Assembly: GCA_965112735.1 (NCBI GenBank)
Contig: OZ218950.1
Coordinates: 3,100,001-3,164,000, forward strand
DNA length: 64,000 bases
DNA from: Phaeosaccion multiseriatum
Lineage: Eukaryota; Protista; Ochrophyta, other classes
Reading direction: 5' to 3'
Part shown: piece after piece, positions 24,405 to 53,129 of the stretch
Numbering within the stretch: position 1 is the first letter of the stretch
Layout: each line of letters begins with the position of its first letter
The notes under the pieces: model-generated
The model's input: the letters and a program-made list of their open reading frames with translations, nothing else
The model's database searches: none
Told to the model about the DNA's origin: nothing
Position numbers and translations under genes: made by a program

Positions 24405-26119
24405 ATGCTTGGGCTTATATGGACCGGGCTTCATGCGCTGGTCCTGCTCCTTTGTGCCGGGTGCAACGTCTCGCATGCTTTCCTGCTTCCCACATCAACC
24501 ACCTCAACCGTTGCCCCATACAGTAGCAGCAATCGTGCTTGTGGGAGTGTTTGCAACCACGTCTCGGAATCATGGCGTAGCGCTGACAGGAGAAGGTGCA
24601 GTGAAGGGGCGAGTTCTGCTTTGGCGAGCAGCTCCAGCGGCACTGTTGGAGCGACGGTGGGGAAGGGTGGCTTGGAGGATTACAACGGTGACAACTACAA
24701 GGCCTACATCTCTCGCGGCATGATGCGGTTCAGGGACTGCCGAATTGAAGCCAGTTTACGTGAGTGCTCACTTGATTGGCCCATGTGACGAAAGAGCTGT
24801 GCGTTGTGACTAAAAACTTCTCTTCAAGTTAGAGGCTTTCGGCCTCTAGGCATATCGGAAAGAACCATGATGACTTGGCCGCATGCTTGAGTCCGCTGTT
24901 GCCCTCTCCTACTGAACAGCTGGATGTATCCTCCTGCAACCCCCCCCCGCGTGATCTCGTGCTTGAGCGTTTTCGAGAATTACTATTACCGACCTACAGT
25001 GGGTCTTGAATGGTGAAGAGTGAAGAGTGGATTGGGGGTATTGACAGCGTCCCATTCTTCCCCCCCTCCTTCCAACAGGTGATTTTGATAAGGTCGTGGA
25101 GATTCAGCCGAGCCTGGCCCCTTACATGTGGCAAAGGGGTCTCAGTCTATACTATGGTACGTCTTGCAGAGGAGGAGCGAGGTCCTCTCGCTCCCCCCTT
25201 CCTCCTCTTCCCTTTACTCATGTTTGTTCTCATGGTTCCTCCTCCGCCCAACTCTTCGCGGTCCGCATTTGACACCTATCCCCGTTCGACCTCAACCCCC
25301 TTGCTGTTCGTGTCCCAATGCCCTTTCTGCAGACGATCGCTTCGCGGAGGGGGCAGAGCAATTCAGAAAGGATGTGTCTGTGAATCCGAATGACACAGGT
25401 ACGTAAGTACGTACGTGAATGCATGCACCATCTCCCTTCTTCCCTCTCTCCCCGTGGTGGTGCCTCAAAGCCGTCCACCCACGGCAATCACCATCCTCTC
25501 CTCCCACCCGACCCCAAGAAGGGTTGAAGCACATCCCTCTTCTCCCTCCCACACTTTCTATTGAAGCAAATCCCTCGTCCCTCTCCCGCGTTTTTTGTTC
25601 TTTCTCTCCCTCTTCTCCCTTTGTTCCTTACTGCCGTCCTATTGTTGCAAACTTGCACAGAGGAGGCCATTTGGGCCCTGCTGTGCGAGGCTCGACAGCC
25701 GTCCATCGGCTTCGACAAGGCGCAAAAGAGCATGATCCCTTTGGGCAAGTAAGTGCATGTGCATGTGTCAACCACGACTGCCTCCTCTCTGACACGAGTG
25801 GTGTGCTACCATTCTCTCTCTATCTCCTTTTCCCTCTCTCGTTTCTCCCCCTCTTCTCTCTTTTCTCCCTCCTCCTCCTTCTCGTCCTCTTCACCCTCAT
25901 CCATCCACTGCCATCCACCCACCCACCTACCCCCTTCCACAGGGAGCCTCGACCCGTCATGAAGGTTGCTTACAACCTCTTTGCCGGCAAAGCAACCCCC
26001 GAAGACCTGGCCAAATTCACTACAGTCACGTCGGACAATCGAGGCGACTTCTACTCAAAGCTCTATTTGGGGCTCTACCACGAGGCCAAAGGACACGACA
26101 AGCTTGCTCAGATGTGTAA

Positions 26120-26161
<42 letters not shown>

Positions 26162-26601
26162 TCTCTCTCTTTATCTATCTCTCGCTCTTTCTATTTCTCC
26201 TGTCAGTAGCAGCTCCGGATGATGGCGGATGATGCCACACACAGTTGTGCGGACTCTCCTCTCCTCTCCCCATGACATACTCAATCGACCTCAGCAGACG
26301 CCCTAGATGATGTCGATTCAGCCCTGTTAGTGACGACGTACTTGAGCTGAGCTTTCTTGAGCTGGCGCATCATGACACGCACGCGCCCACCTCCCTCCCT
26401 CTCAGAGTCCCTCTCCTCTTATCCCTTATCCTCGCCGTCCTCTGCCCTGCCCTGCTCTGGTGTGGTGGTGTTTGTTTCTTCATTGTTGCTGTGTGCCTCC
26501 CCGCCGCAGACATTACAATGGCGGTCAACTCGCCGTACGGGAGCTCAGGGGATTACATGTACTCCCTCGCCGCTGTCCATCAACACAAGAGGGGTTGGTG
26601 A
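24405..26601 (+). CDS. Plastid-targeted NlpI-like TPR protein, multi-exon
   Basis: Signal peptide + VSHA-FLL; PYMWQRGLSLYY, FAEGAEQFRKDVSVNPNDT|EEAIW, PRPVM, FYSKLYLGLYHEA and DYMYSLAAVH motifs typical of this TPR family. Confidence 0.85.
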
Positions 26602-27705
26602 GCGATGTACAAGGGTTGGTGATACAGCCTCCAATCGGAGCTCCAAGAGGCGCCCGGGGTTGATGCAGGCCAGAGGAGAGGGGAGGGATGGAACGAAGGG
26701 GGGGGGGGAGGGTGAGGGGGTGACCATTGGGGGATGTATAGATCAAGGCCTCTTGCTTGGTGCCGAATGCTTGGCCTCTTGTTGAGGGCAGGGCCAGCGG
26801 GGTTACTCCCGATCAATTTTTTGAAAGGAGGAATGATTTTGTATTTTTGCTTCTCAGAGACTGCGATTTCACTCAGCCACTTCCACTCATTGCCAGTGAG
26901 AGAGGGAGGAAGGGACAAGCGAGGGATGCACTTGGGAAGGTGGAGGAAGGCAAGGTGGGTGAAGGGAAAAGACGAAGTTCCGTTTGTTTTCTTTTTGGAG
27001 TTAATAACGAGAGGGGACAGTTAACGTTAAGCCTGGGTTGAAACTCGACATCAGACTAACCCTTGGCGACACGCTCAGTTGAATGGGTGTGGTGGCGCTT
27101 TCTGCACCTCCTCCTCACCCGTCCCCACGTCAGTAAGCTCCCCGCGTGCCGTCTACTTCCCAGCGAACCTATCACCCGCTACCACGGGCTTGCTGGTGCT
27201 GGTGCTGCTACTGCTGCTACTGCTGCTGCTGCTACTGCTGCTGCTGCTACTGCTGCTGCTGCTACTGCTGTCTGCTGCTGCTGGTGTGGCTTTGGTGTTG
27301 CTGTTGCAGCTGTCGTAGAGTCCACGACGCACGCTGGCCGCACCTCTTCGTCAGCAATTGACTGGCTTGTGGTGGGGGATACAACAGAACATGTCCTAGG
27401 TGCACATTTGCCGATGGGGACTCGGTAGTGCATGAAGCCCGTAGCCGGCTTCTCCAGTCCGCGGGTATGGCGAGAGAGCTACCGCTATCGCCTCCTGGTG
27501 GTGTGTGGTGTGTGGCATACGGCCAGCTATGAAGCTCATTTTCCTCTCTGGCTGTGGCGTGCAGATCCTGGTGGAGGTGTGAGACACACACCCTCACAAC
27601 CCCACAACCCCGTGTGCCATTTTCGTTGGCAATCCAGTCCGCATGGCTGGGCGGGCCGAGAAAGCCAGACACGAGCACTCTCTCCGAGTTGAGAGGGAGG
27701 GGCTC

Positions 27706-27864
27706 CTACGTACCCTTGAGCTTGACGTAGGAGCTCTCTTTGCTGAGCTTTCCCAGCCAGAACACAAAGGCCAGCATGTGCACCACCACGAGCCCAAAGA
27801 TGAGGGACTGCACCGCTGGGCTCAGCTTCCCCATCCCAAACAGGTCCACCAGCTCCTGCTGCAT
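27706..27864 (-). CDS. 52-aa single-pass membrane micropeptide
   Basis: MQQELVDLFG...LIFGLVVVHMLAFVFWLGKLSKE...: one TM helix containing His, then a basic tail; lies divergent to the calpain start. Confidence 0.5.
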   Translation of the reverse strand: MQQELVDLFGMGKLSPAVQSLIFGLVVVHMLAFVFWLGKLSKESSYVKLKGT

Positions 27865-28244
27865 CTTGAAAGGCAGGTGCCTCCGGCTGCTGGTCTTACG
27901 TTCGTCTCTTAGCCTACTATCGCTTGCAGAACGACGCTCGGGCTGGCGCGAATATTGGGGGGGGATCGAGCGGAAAAGCAGAGTGGAGGGGAAGTAAGTG
28001 AACGAACGGGACTTGGGACATAGAGGAAAGCCCATCATCCAAAGCGAAGAACATCGAGAAGATCGACACTTACCTCCGGAGATCGACACAACCTCTCCAG
28101 GATCAACAAGGGGAAGAGATGGAAAAAAGAAAAAAAAAGGATGTCAAAAAAGACGGGAACCTAGCAGTAAGGCAATGAAAATCGAGATCGATTTTAGGCA
28201 ACGGTTGGGTTGAAATCTCACAAAAGAGTGTTTGCTGCACCAAG

Positions 28245-44423
<16,179 letters not shown>

Positions 44424-44902
44424 TCAAGTGTGCGTGAGAAGAGACAGGAGTCAAGGAGCAGCCAGCGCAGGAGAGGATTTCGTCGTGAGTTCGTGCGTGC
44501 GTGCGTGAGTGGGTGCCTGCCTGCATGCGTGCGCCACAGAGACGGAGATAGATGGCGGCCAGGGGCAATGGGTGTCCAGCCTTAGCACACAAACACCTGT
44601 CCCTTCAATGGATCGAATGGAAGCTTCCGATTCCCTCACCCTGAATCAAACCTTCAGTCTCGACCCCGAGATCACCAAAAAGAAACCAAAACAAGAAGTT
44701 CACACCCAGGGGGTGGGATGTTGTGTTGTGTTGTAGCAGTTTTTTCAACAAAATTTCAGCTCATGATTGCACCTGAGATTCGCTTAGAGTTGGGGCAGGT
44801 GGGGGTGAGTTAGATGAGCAGAGAGCCCTCACAAGGCAAACGAAGGGGACATTCGACGCTTAACCAAGACTAGCTCGTGCCAGAGTCATCTCTCTAGCAA
44901 GG

Positions 44903-47496
44903 ATGGCCGCTGAGGTGGAGAGTGGGGAAGGAGCCGAAACCACGGACAAGTTGAAGGGCCCTGTTGTCGGAACCGAACAAGAAGACGGGACATTTGGAGA
45001 CGAGGCGTGCGGAGAGCACACGCCCTTCCCCCTGACCGATGTTTTGGTGGCGTCGTGCCTCCTCTTCCTTTCCACCTCGGACCTCATCAACTACCGGGGC
45101 GTGGCCCGCTCCACAAGGAAGGTCTTCGCGGCCTCCACACACGGGCTCCTGCACAGCCGGAGGTTGTTGAGAGACATTGAACACCTCAACGAGCTGCTCA
45201 AGATCCTGTCCAGTCTGGGGGAGGGCAGTGGGGAGGAGGAGGAGCAAGAGGATGTCAATGCTGCGCACCAGCATGACCTCGTAGATGTGGTGCATCGGGC
45301 CGCCACATCCACCTCGCCGACGCGGAGTCGCTCGCGCAGCGCAGCATCAACAACCCGCAGGCAGAGAGATTGTTCCCAACATCAGCAGGAGGAAAGGGAA
45401 GAGCAGCAGAAGAACGGGGAGGCCTTGGTTTCCCCGCCCTCCTCTCCTGTGCCTCTGGAGCAGCCACAGGCACTGACTGAGGAGCCCTCGAACCAGACCA
45501 ACCAAAATCCAGGAGGGGAGCACACGCAGGCTCCCCACAGTTCCACCGATGGTACGGTCGTGCACCACCAGAGAACCACTTCGAGGCCCATTCTGAGCAT
45601 CGGACATAAGGGCGCTCCCGGAGACGGGCGCACCTTCCACGGCAACACCATCGCCTCCTTTGTCGAGGCGGTGCGTCTCGGGGTCGACATTATTGAATTC
45701 GACCTTGTCTCTACCAGCGACGGAGGCCTGCTGTGCCACCACGACCCCATGGACGAGGAGAGTGGCAGGTGGTTCGGCGAGATGCGCATGTCGGAGGCCC
45801 GCAAGATCCTGCCGCCTGACGTGGCGTCGCTCGAGGATCTGCTGCGTTGCAAGCATCTGCGCGACGCCGAGCACGTCGGTCTTTACTTCGACCTCAAGGT
45901 AGGTGGGGTAGGTTAGGGTAGGGTAGGTGTGCGGTGCTGTGCCGTGCCGTGTAGAAAGGCGAAGCCAACCATATTTTTTTAACCTGTGTGCTGAACTAAC
46001 TCCCTCCCCCCCCCCCCCGTCGTCCGACCCGAAGTTCCGAATCTTAACCACCGACCCCCCCCCCCCCTCTTTCCCCTCCCCCTTCTCCCTCCCCCCCCAC
46101 AGCATACCAACATCGTAAAGCCCACCATGGCCATGATCCTGCGTGCCGTGACGGAGTGGGGCTGGGCCCCCGAGCGAGTCATCGTGGGCACCTTCAAGCA
46201 GATTGAGCTGCTCGAGATCAACGCATGGAGACGCTCTCACACAGAGCTGGCCACCATAAAGACAGTCTGCATCATCGACGCGGTACGTCGAGTCGCTTCA
46301 GTGGGCACGCTCACCGCACCCCTTTGTGTCGTCCCCCTTGTGTCTTACAAGCGTGTCTCTCTGTCTCTCTCTCGTTTATGAACCGCCTGGCTGATCACCT
46401 CCCCCCCCCCGCATCGCCCGCCCCGCCCTCGCTCCACCCTACCCAACCCTCTATGCTATCACAGGTGCCCATGTCCTTCGCTCGCGACTTTGAGGCCCTT
46501 CAAGTGTCAGCCCTGTCCATCGGTCTGAGCTGCGTCTTTCCCGAGTTTGTTGCCGACTGCCACCGTCGAGGCATTAGCGTCTACGTGTGGACCGTGAACA
46601 ACGAATTCATGATGGAGCGCCTTCTTGCCCTCAACGTCGACGGGGTGTGCACGGACTACCCTTTGCGTCTCGCGGCAGCGGTGGAGAAGCTCCAGCAGCA
46701 GAAGCAGAAGCAGGAGAAGGAGAAGGAGCACCTCGGGAAGGAGGAGGGGGAGTGGATTTCCATACCCCCCGTGCTGCACCGCATCAAACAGGAGCAGTGC
46801 CAGCAGCAGCAAGAGACGGGCAGCGAGGAGGAGAGGGCCGTTGGGGCGAGCGAGAGTGGCGGCAGCTGCGGCGAAGAGAGTGACGGTCTAGACTCGTGGC
46901 ACAGTGGGGGGGAGAGGAAGGGTGCCCCCGAGAAGGGCGAGAAGGAGGAGGAGGAAGAGGAAGAGAAGGCAGAGACCCTGCTGTCTCTGCTGTATAACAG
47001 CAACGCCCTTCGGGGCATTCGCAAGCAACTCGTGAGCCTTATGGAGGAAGCACGCAGCCTGCTCTCCCTCTGCAAACTCGACGCAGTTGTGGGCTCCTGC
47101 CTTGATACGGAGACAAAACACGCCCTCAAGGTGATGCTGGTGGCAGCCGAGCAGGGCGCCTCTACGGTGGTGGAGCACCTAAAGACGGGGCGGTGGGGGG
47201 CGGGGCTGGTCAGGTCCCTGTGTAACAGTAAGGTTGGGAGGGAGCTGCTGCTGTCTGTGGCCTCCAAGGACAAGAAGGGGGCTGTCTACACCGCCGCCAA
47301 CCCCACGGGGGAAGGGAGCAGTAGCAGCAGCAGCAGGAGTGGTGATGGGTGGGGCTTCTCGAAGGGGAACGGGGCGGATTCTCCGTGTCAACCCAAGAGG
47401 AAGGGCTCGATGCTTCCCATCGAGAAGGAGTGGGTCCAGTCCTGGGCGGACCAGGCACTTGCTGCGGACATGAAGAAGAAGCAGCAACAGCAACAA

Positions 47497-47527
<31 letters not shown>

Positions 47528-47574
47528 GGCAGAGTGCGAGGAGTGCGCAGGGTGTGGGCTGTGCACAGGACTAG
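44903..47574 (+). CDS. Glycerophosphodiester phosphodiesterase (GDPD) family protein with N-terminal F-box-like motif; exons 44903-45898, 46103-46282, 46465-47574
   Basis: IGHKG, NTIASF, IEFDL..TSDG..CHHD, YFDLK, VYVWTVN, VDGVCTDYP; in-frame GT-AG introns. Confidence 0.85.
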
Positions 47575-48509
47575 CAAGAGGAGGAGGAGAGGGAGGAAGA
47601 GTAGTAGTAGTAGTAGTAGTAGTAGGAGGAGGAGGAGGAGGAGGTAGAGAAGGAGGAGGAGGAAGAAGAAGAGGAGGAAGACGAGGAGGGGGAAGGGGGG
47701 GAGCTGTCAACATGGGGCCGACCTAGTCCGTTCATTTTCCATTTTCGTCGCTTTTTTTAGGTAAAAAGTGATGGAGGCGGGTGAGAGGCCGGGCACAGCA
47801 CAGACACGCTATAGACGCACTGAATACGGGGGGGGGGAGGGGCTGTAGTTAGCTAAATAGAAGCATGGTACTTGAGGTGAATAGGAACAACACACCAAGC
47901 TGGGGGAGGGGGGGCAGGGGCAGGGGCAGAGCAGCATTTGTTTTGTTCACCTGAAGAAACTTTGACATCGACGTGAAATAATCAGAGTTGGCATTCCCAA
48001 GTTGACTGCAACTATCTATATCTTAGTTCGAATTGCCCCAATTTAGAGAGAGAGAGAGGGGGGGCAAGCGAGTCACCACGCGCCTCTCCCTCCCTCCCTC
48101 CCTCCCTCCCCACCCCCGCGCGTCGAGAGAGCAAGGTGCGCATCTGCTTGCTCAGTGCAAATCAGTTGTCATTCATCAACTCCTCCTCCTCCTCCTCCTC
48201 CTCCTCCTCCTTGCTGCTGCTCCTTCCCCGAGTGGCCGGCCTCGGTCAAGCGTAGACCAAAGCATGTATCATAGGCACGCATGCCTCCTACCACCCCACC
48301 CCACCCCGCGTGCTTGCGCGTGCGAAGCGAGGGAGGTCACGAGTCGGTCATTTCTCCCCGTGGTATAGCGCTCAAGGGGACATCCGCCCATCCTGGTCAT
48401 CAACACACACACACCATGCCCCCTTTTTTATTGCTGTGGGGAGTTGAATCGGCCGAACGGGTCGATTCCACGTTCCAAATTCGCTCTGGATCATAGTCTA
48501 CATTTTGGG

Positions 48510-49536
48510 TCAGCTGGCATCGATGGTTTCGGCGGGTATGACGGCCCTGAGGCCTGCCAGATCCTTCGTCACCTTCACCTGACAGCCCAGGCGAGACCTG
48601 CCCCCAGAAGCCCAGTGGCGTATGAAAGAGAAGCGAGGTCACAAAACGATAAACCAAGAACATGTGGCCGTGTAAGGTATGATAACACAACGTCTCTGGG
48701 CTTCAGCCGGCCGCTTCCCAGCTCAGATCATGAAGAAATGAAATACAAACAAGTCTGAGGGCTGTTCTGCTCTTCCCCCCGACAACACTTGCTTTACGTA
48801 CGTGTCTGTGAGTCCCCATGCGAGGTCCAGCATGTCGTCCTCCTCCTCGTGCTTGGACGGCAGCTTGGCGAAGTACTCAGGGGGGAGCACGAGGTGGCAC
48901 GTGGAGCACGCAAGGTCTCCCCCACACGCTCCTGTGATTCGAGTACGTGGCAGTATGTTAAAGGGGGGATTGTTGTCTATTCACCACATCACTAACCCTC
49001 CTTCCGCCCGGCCTCCTCTTGCCAGGAAGAATCGTGAAGAATTATCATCAGCTTCTTTCCCCATGTGCCAATACGCATGCGTCATGCGTACCTTCCAGGT
49101 CGACATCGTTGTCGTGGGCTACTTCTAGGAGCGATTTGCCTATTGCAGCGTCCACCACCACCTCCGTCCCGTCCTCCTCTACGAAGGTTATGGAGACGGT
49201 CTCTGTCTCAGCCTCACCCTGCCCTTTCCCATCAGCGACCGCCGCTGAGGAACTGCTCAGTGACCGTGCCAAAGGCATTGTCGACGAGGGCATTGTTGTC
49301 ATCGCAGACGCTCCAGGAAGGCTCCGCCGCCTCCCGAGAGGTCGCTGCGGAAACTTCCTCTTCCCTACTTCTGGGCCACAATGGTGCTTCCTCTGCTGTT
49401 GCGGCTGCGGTCGCGCTGCCCATTGGCGTGATGCTCCAGCTGAGGATGAGATTCTTGTTCGTGGACAAGAGCTCAGAACTGACGCCGCTTGAGCGCTTCG
49501 TCCTACTATTCGCACTACACCTCGGCTCCAGGTCAT
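48510..49536 (-). CDS. Mitochondrial adrenodoxin-type [2Fe-2S] ferredoxin, 3 exons
   Basis: Arg/Ser-rich presequence; LE|[22 protein letters not shown]|SRLGCQ. Confidence 0.93.
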
Positions 49537-49626
49537 ATTTACCTACGTAGTCGAGGTTGGTACAGATCTAAGGCTCTCTCTAGGGGGCGGGCGCGGCTGT
49601 TTGTTCGGGTGTGGAGAGGAATTCAG

Positions 49627-49656
49627 TTTCAGTTTCGTGGGGCGGGCAAACTGAAA
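49627..49656. promoter_or_regulatory. Inverted-repeat motif TTTCAGTTT-N12-AAACTGAAA upstream of ferredoxin (function unknown)
   Basis: Perfect 9-bp arms; a related motif is at 56208-56244. Confidence 0.35.
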
Positions 49657-49893
49657 ACTCGGGCCGATCGGCCTCTTCCATACAATTCAACGATAACGAT
49701 ACCCAGCACCAATGGTGCATATCGACTCTCTCTCTTCTCTGGCTCTGCTTTAATGTTTTGCTCAAGCTTCGAAGTTGCTAAAGACGTGCCGCCGGTGGAA
49801 TGAATGGTGGAGTGCTGAGTCTCTCACCATGCCACCATCTATTGCCTCCCCAGAAAGCTTTCCCTCCCCCCCCCCCCTCCCTCCCTCCCTCGC

Positions 49894-52586
49894 TTACTTC
49901 TTCTTGTTACTCTTGGCCAAGAAGCTGTCCAAACCAAAAGGGTCCTCCTCCTCCTTGTTCCTCTCAAACTGCACCGGCTCCTTCCTCGGGCCCCCATCAT
50001 GTCCGCCCTCCGTGCCCTTGAATCCTTTATCGGCCTTGAAGCGCTTCGTGGCCCCTTGCTCCAGCTCCTTGTGCAGGGCATCCCCGTCCACCTCCCCCTT
50101 GTCATTCTTGGGTCGGTAAATGGACTGCGCAGCACCCTTGTCGAACAAGTCCTTGCTATACACATTGTAACCGTCCTCCCCTCCAAAGCCCGCGTCCATC
50201 CCGGAGCTCTGGTTGAAGAGGCGCTGATCGTACAGCCCTTCTCCCCCGGCCCCTGCCTGCGACTTGCCCTTGAGCTGCCCCAGTGCCACCTTCTCACTAA
50301 CGTCCCTCTCCCTCTCGGCCATACCCGTTCTGCCCTTACCCTTCATGTTCTCGAGGCGGATCTCCCTCTCGCGGTCTCGCTTGCGCTGCGCTCGCAACTT
50401 ATCTCTTTGCTGTGCTGCCACACGCTCCTCTTCGTCGCCCTCTCCCCTCCTACCGTCCTCCTCTCCCTCGCTATCACCCCCACCACCTCCTCCTCCTGCG
50501 GCTGCCGCAGCTGCTGCTGGTCTGTCGCTCTGACTAGGCACCCCTTCGTCATCGCTATCCTCCTCCTTCCCTCCCCCCTCTGGTCCGGTGGCTATCCCTG
50601 CCCGCTCCATCCTCGCCCGCGCTGCCATCTCCCTCAGCTCTCCCTCCTTGGTCTCCTTCTCCTTGAGACTCAGCTGCTTCATCATCTCTCCCCGCAATCT
50701 CGTCTCGTTTCTGGCCTTGCGCTCGGTAATGTACAATGCCTCACTCAGCGTGGCAAAGTTCGTGTTGACAGTTACATCCTGCAAGCCCCGCCCGTCCGAC
50801 GCCAGCCTCTTGTCCAGCGGAATGGTGTACCCCTTTGCGTTTTTCCAGTTGGAGATGGAAGGAGGGAGCTTCCAAGCCTGTTGATCGGCCACGGAAACCT
50901 TCCGCGGGGGGCTGTGCAGCACTGGCACAGGGGCGTCCGGGGGCCCACGTGGGATCTGTCGGCGAATAGAAGAGAACAGAGGAGACGGTAGGGGGGGGGG
51001 GGGGAGTTGTCAAGGTGCAGGGAAGGAGAGACAAGAAGAAGGAAAAGAGCAAGGGAGGATGGGTGCTAGAAGCAGGAGGAGGAGACGGGGCGAAGGGAGA
51101 CGGAGGCGCAACGGGAAATATGCATCCTGTCACCTCAGCAGAACGCAGACTGGCACCAACACCATCGACTGTGGCTTGCCTCCTCCTCCTCCTCCTCCTC
51201 CTCCTCCTCCTCCTCCTCCTCCCTCCCATCAACACTCGATACAGGCCGCAGGTGGTGTTCAAGTCAAGCACGCGCAAGGACATCGACCCTCACCTTCTTG
51301 TGCTTGTGCTTGGCGGGCTCCATGGGGTCCACTTGTGCCTCAACCATGCGGATGATGCGCTGGCTCGCGGCCGGGTTGTAGCCCGGGGCCGACGGGTTAG
51401 GCGTGTATTTGATGTACTCGGGAGCCTTGACGGGGCCCACCGCGGCGGGGTTGGGGGCAGATTTGTCGGCCTGAGAGAGGAGAAACGCCACACGTACACA
51501 CACACGCCACAGGAGAGGAAAGAGAGAGAGAAGAGCAGGGCAGAGAGAGTGGGAGGAAGGGCAGAGGGTGGGAGGAAGGGTGTTTGGGGGTGGGGGCAGG
51601 GAAAGGCAGGGAAGGGGATGAGCACGTCGGGTCAAGGGGTCACATCGGGTGAAGCGAGTCAGGGGAGAGGCGACCAAGGAAGCCGCCCATGTCTACGTTC
51701 CGAAATACATGGCACTTGAATCACGGCTTCAACACCTTCAAGCCCCACGCTCCGAACCCAAAAGCGGGGGGAAGACTCTTGCGTCCAGACAAATAAGCGG
51801 ACGAGACCTCTAAGACATATACGCAGCACGCACGCACCTGCTTGCCCAGGATCATGGCCAGAGCTTGCGCAGTGCGGGCCGCGGTGGCCGCCGCCTCATC
51901 CTGCGTGGGTGCGGCAATGAGCTCCTGGTCCGCCTCCTTCTCGCGTGTGTTGTTCAGGCGGGAGTACACAATCTTGTTTTTGTTGTCTCCCTGCTTCACA
52001 ATGGCGTCGTGCTTGACCTTTCCAGTCTCGTCGACGTCTACTGACACAATGGACGTTGAGCTTTGCCCTACGCCGATGCCACCTCCTCCACCGCCCCCGC
52101 CCGCTCCTCCTGGAGTATTGCCAGCATTGGGTCGGCCCATGTTGAGCGGAAACTGCGCCACGTGCACTTCAGGGTAGGCGCCTGATGGATGGACGTGTTG
52201 GTGTACATAGATGGTCGGGGGATGTGTGTGTGTATGTCAAGAGGGCGTGCGGCGGAGAGGGATACACAACAACTGTCAGGCAGAGTTCGTCCTTTTTTTG
52301 GGTGAAAATTGTCTATCTCTATAATACCGTCAATGAGGCAACCCACCCTTCCCGCTCTTGCTATTCAACACCTCCGCCTTCCCATCAAGCATCATCACGG
52401 CTCACCTCCGTCGCCAAAGTCGGCCATTGTCCTTGGGACGAAGCGTTGCCTCTGTCCGTAGGCAGGTACCGGCCTTCGCGGAGCCTGGGCCATGGCCGCA
52501 GCTCGAGCTTCTGCCTGCACCGCCGGGCTGGGGCCTTCCTTGTGCACCTCATAGCTGTGCTGTGGGGCGGGCAGGAACGTCGCCAT
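49894..52586 (-). CDS. SNW1: SNW domain splicing/transcription factor SKIP / Prp45
   Basis: DFGDG|GAYPEVHVAQFPLNMG, YIKYTP, QRIIRMVEAQVDPMEP, PVLHSPPRK, ISNWKNAKGYTIPLDKRLA, YDQRLFNQ, DPFGLD. Confidence 0.95.
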
Positions 52587-53129
52587 TCTAGGCCCACGGC
52601 CAAGGGGTTAAAAAGGCCCTCCCTCCGAATCCCGCGAAGGAGAGTACTGCTGCGTATGCTGCGACTGCAGCCTGTCCTACTGATCACACAGACCTAAAGA
52701 TGTGCTTGTGATCTGGGTTGATGCTAATGAATGGGAGAGGGGGGGGGCGGGGATGGAGGGGGTTGGGGGGGCTAATGCCCTTAAACTCCAATTCCCGGAT
52801 CCGCCCCCCCCGACTCTCGACTCTCATTCTCTCATTTTTTGCCTCGCCTTCTTCTCTCCTAAGGCTGTGCAAGGCAGGCTTGCACGTCAGCATAGCACCT
52901 TGGACCCAGAGCGCCCCCCGTAGCTAAGGTTGCGGTTATTTCTCCTTTTTCTTTCTTAATTCTTCCACACTGGATGGGGAACTCCAAAGGAGCTGGCAAC
53001 AGGATGGAGCAGCGGCAGCAAACCAGATGCAAATCGCCAGCAAGAAGCCAAGATGGGTGCTGACTTAACCGCGTGAGAAGAAGGAACCAGAGTTTCTCGT
53101 GGAAAGCGAAGAGGGGGGACGCGGGAGAG

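Noticed and set aside
26211-26353. Possible intronic C/D snoRNA (ATGATG...CTGA, short AGCTC/GAGCT stem) in the TPR gene
   Set aside because: Imperfect box C and no guide target that I can identify
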